Positions 61,985 through 64,000 of a DNA stretch of 64,000 nucleotides are shown here, one piece after another. The position numbers were made by a program, and so were the translations under genes. The stretch lies in the NCBI RefSeq assembly GCF_009914755.1, contig NC_060932.1; one strand, written 5' to 3'. Below the pieces are notes generated by a model. That model was given only the letters and a program-made list of their open reading frames with translations, was not told the origin of the DNA and ran no database searches. How positions within the stretch are numbered: the first letter of the stretch is position 1; the number at the start of each line of letters is the position of its first letter. Source of the DNA: the human T2T-CHM13v2.0 reference genome, Homo sapiens.

Positions 61985-62330
61985 GCCGGGCGCAGTGGCT
62001 CACACTTGTAATCCCTTTGGGAGGGATTTGGGAGGCACTCTGGGAGGCCGAGGCAGGAGGCTTGCTTTTGAAGCTCAGGAGTTCAAGACCAGCCTGGGCA
62101 ACATGGTGAAAGCCCTTCTCTACAAAAAATACAAAAATTAGCCAGGTGTGGTGGTGCACCTGTAGTCCCAGCTACTCTGGAGGCTGAGGTGGGAGGAATG
62201 CTTGATCCTGGGAGGTGGAGGTTGCAGGTTGCAATGAGCTGAGATTGTGTGATTGCACCACTGCATGAGATTGCACTACTGCACCCCAGCCCGGGTGACA
62301 GAGCGACCTTGTCTCTCAAAGAAAAAAAAA
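61985..62330 (+). mobile_element. AluJ with small internal duplications
   Basis: Dimer plus A tail. Confidence 0.88.
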
Positions 62331-62438
62331 GTATGTATTGCTACATTTACTAGATAGTGCTCTGAATAGAAATAGTAGCTTGATGTACTAAACTAGGTGA
62401 TAATACAGTAACAGTCCAGATAACTGCAGTTTCTCTGT

Positions 62439-62439
<1 letters not shown>

Positions 62440-62480
<41 letters not shown>
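62440..62480 (+). repeat. (CA)~20 microsatellite
   Basis: Visible directly. Confidence 0.97.
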
Positions 62481-62485
<5 letters not shown>

Positions 62486-62490
62486 GTGTA

Positions 62491-62616
62491 TTTCTTAATA
62501 GAGACAGGGTCTCTCTATGTTGCCCAGGCTGGTCTTGAATTCCTGAGCTCAAGTAATCCTCCTGTCTTGGCTTCCTAAAGTGTTGGGATTACAGGTGTTA
62601 GCCACTGTGCCCAGCC
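62491..62616 (-). mobile_element. Alu left monomer
   Basis: Left arm only. Confidence 0.85.
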
Positions 62617-62990
62617 CCTTTGACATTTTTAATAGCTCAACATTTATTAAACCTGTAAGTGGCTTAAAGTTTCAAAATTCTCCATTGTAAGTCAAAAAAT
62701 GTCTTAAGATTTTTATCCCAGACTTATGCTAAGGGTTATGAATCTGTTCCACCTTTTGTTTGAAATAGCCACCTGTCTGATTTGCTTGTCTATTTCTTCA
62801 AAGAACTCTGGGGAAAACAGTATGATAGAGTAGCAAGGAGTTGGTTTTTCAAATCAGATAAATATGTAATAAAATTCCATTTCTACCTCTCCTAAGACAT
62901 GTAATTTAACTTCACAAAGCCTCAGTTTCCTCATCTAAAAGATGAAAAAAATAAAATCTGTGCAGTCATGATGTTGAAATAAATTAATGC

Positions 62991-63039
<49 letters not shown>
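62991..63039 (+). repeat. Compound (AT)n(AG)n microsatellite
   Basis: Visible directly. Confidence 0.97.
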
Positions 63040-63447
63040 TACACACATACCTATGTTCCTCTTTCCCTCTGAATCCACCCAGACATAGGTAGTGATAAGG
63101 GACAATTTAAATAAGGCAGCAAATTAAAAGTAGGAAGGTTACATTAGCATGCTTCTTAGCTTTACTTCTTATGACCATGATGTCATTATTTGAGAAATGT
63201 TAGTTTCAGTCAGATATTCTAAGTTCTTATGCATTAATAGTTAATTTTTTTCTCTTTGAAGAATGAAAGAGGACCACAAGGTTTTCTCTGACTTAGATAG
63301 GAGATAGTAAATTAAAAGAATATATAAGGCATCTTGAATTAGCCACTATTGAGAGCAATTACCTGTTCTAGAGAATTCTTTAGCTATGTCCTGAAATGGT
63401 CTGGGTTGTTCTCACCTGTATCTAATGTTTGTGGTTGTTCTTCCTAG

Positions 63448-63545
63448 TTGACCTGTTAGGCTTGTTAAATTGGCGTTCCAACTCCCAGAACATTAAACAC
63501 AACCTAAAGAAGTTAATGGAAGTGGATGGAGGAGAGATTGTTAAG
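63448..63545 (+). CDS. DOCK5: DOCK5 exon 19 (98 nt; VDLLGLLNWRSNSQNIKHNLKKLMEVDGGEIVK)
   Basis: ttcttcctag|TT GAC ... GTT AAG|gtatgt. Confidence 0.96.
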
Positions 63546-63799
63546 GTATGTTTATATATTCATAGTTAGAAATACACATACCTACATATATATACCTATC
63601 TAATTATACCTAATTGGTTCACCATTTAAAATTAAATCATTCATTGTAAATATAAAATCTACGTTGTTAAACAAGTGTGCTAGTTTTTTAAAAAATGCTA
63701 TTTTAAACCTCTTTGATTTAAACTAGTTGTACCCAGATTTCTGTGGTGTGGGGCTGAATGAAAGCATCAAAATAACCTCTCCGTTTTTCTTATCTTCAG

Positions 63800-63889
63800 T
63801 TTTTGCAAGATACACTAGATGCACTCTTTAACATAATGATGGAAATGTCAGACAGTGAAACCTATGACTTCCTTGTGTTTGACGCACTG
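63800..63889 (+). CDS. DOCK5: DOCK5 exon 20 (90 nt; [30 protein letters not shown])
   Basis: ttatcttcag|TTT ... GCA CTG|gtaagc. Confidence 0.96.
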
Positions 63890-64000
63890 GTAAGCAGTTA
63901 AACATATTAACTAGTGTTTATTGTTGCAACTTTGTAGTTTTCAATATTTCACTATTATAAGTGATTGTGTGAATATCTTCTCACATAAATATTTGTTTAC

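Overview
Primate, most likely human, genomic DNA. It is AT-rich, Alu-dense and includes a human-lineage AluYa5. The window is the interior of DOCK5 on the + strand. Seventeen GT-AG exons (exons 4-20 by my recollection of the gene structure, aa ~57-697) splice into one uninterrupted frame. They cover the end of the SH3 domain, the ELMO-binding N-terminal region, the DHR-1/C2 domain and the start of the helical region. The introns are mostly Alu, L1, L2, MIR, MaLR LTR and DNA-transposon remnants; repeat subfamily calls are from recalled consensus sequences and many boundaries are approximate. The most notable non-DOCK5 feature is an antisense processed retrocopy of an oocyte-secreted ZP-N gene (OOSP4B-like) at 7569-8434. 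It has a 15-bp target-site duplication (TSD), AATAAA, a decayed poly(A) tail, an intact-looking signal peptide and one frameshift. Other points of interest: a MER2-derived candidate alternative last exon, a candidate 6-nt microexon inside the SH3 domain, an antisense MST solo LTR pointing at the retrocopy, a young AluYa5, and an old local duplication-inversion of a MER33/L1MA composite. I found no prokaryote-type system (CRISPR, operon).
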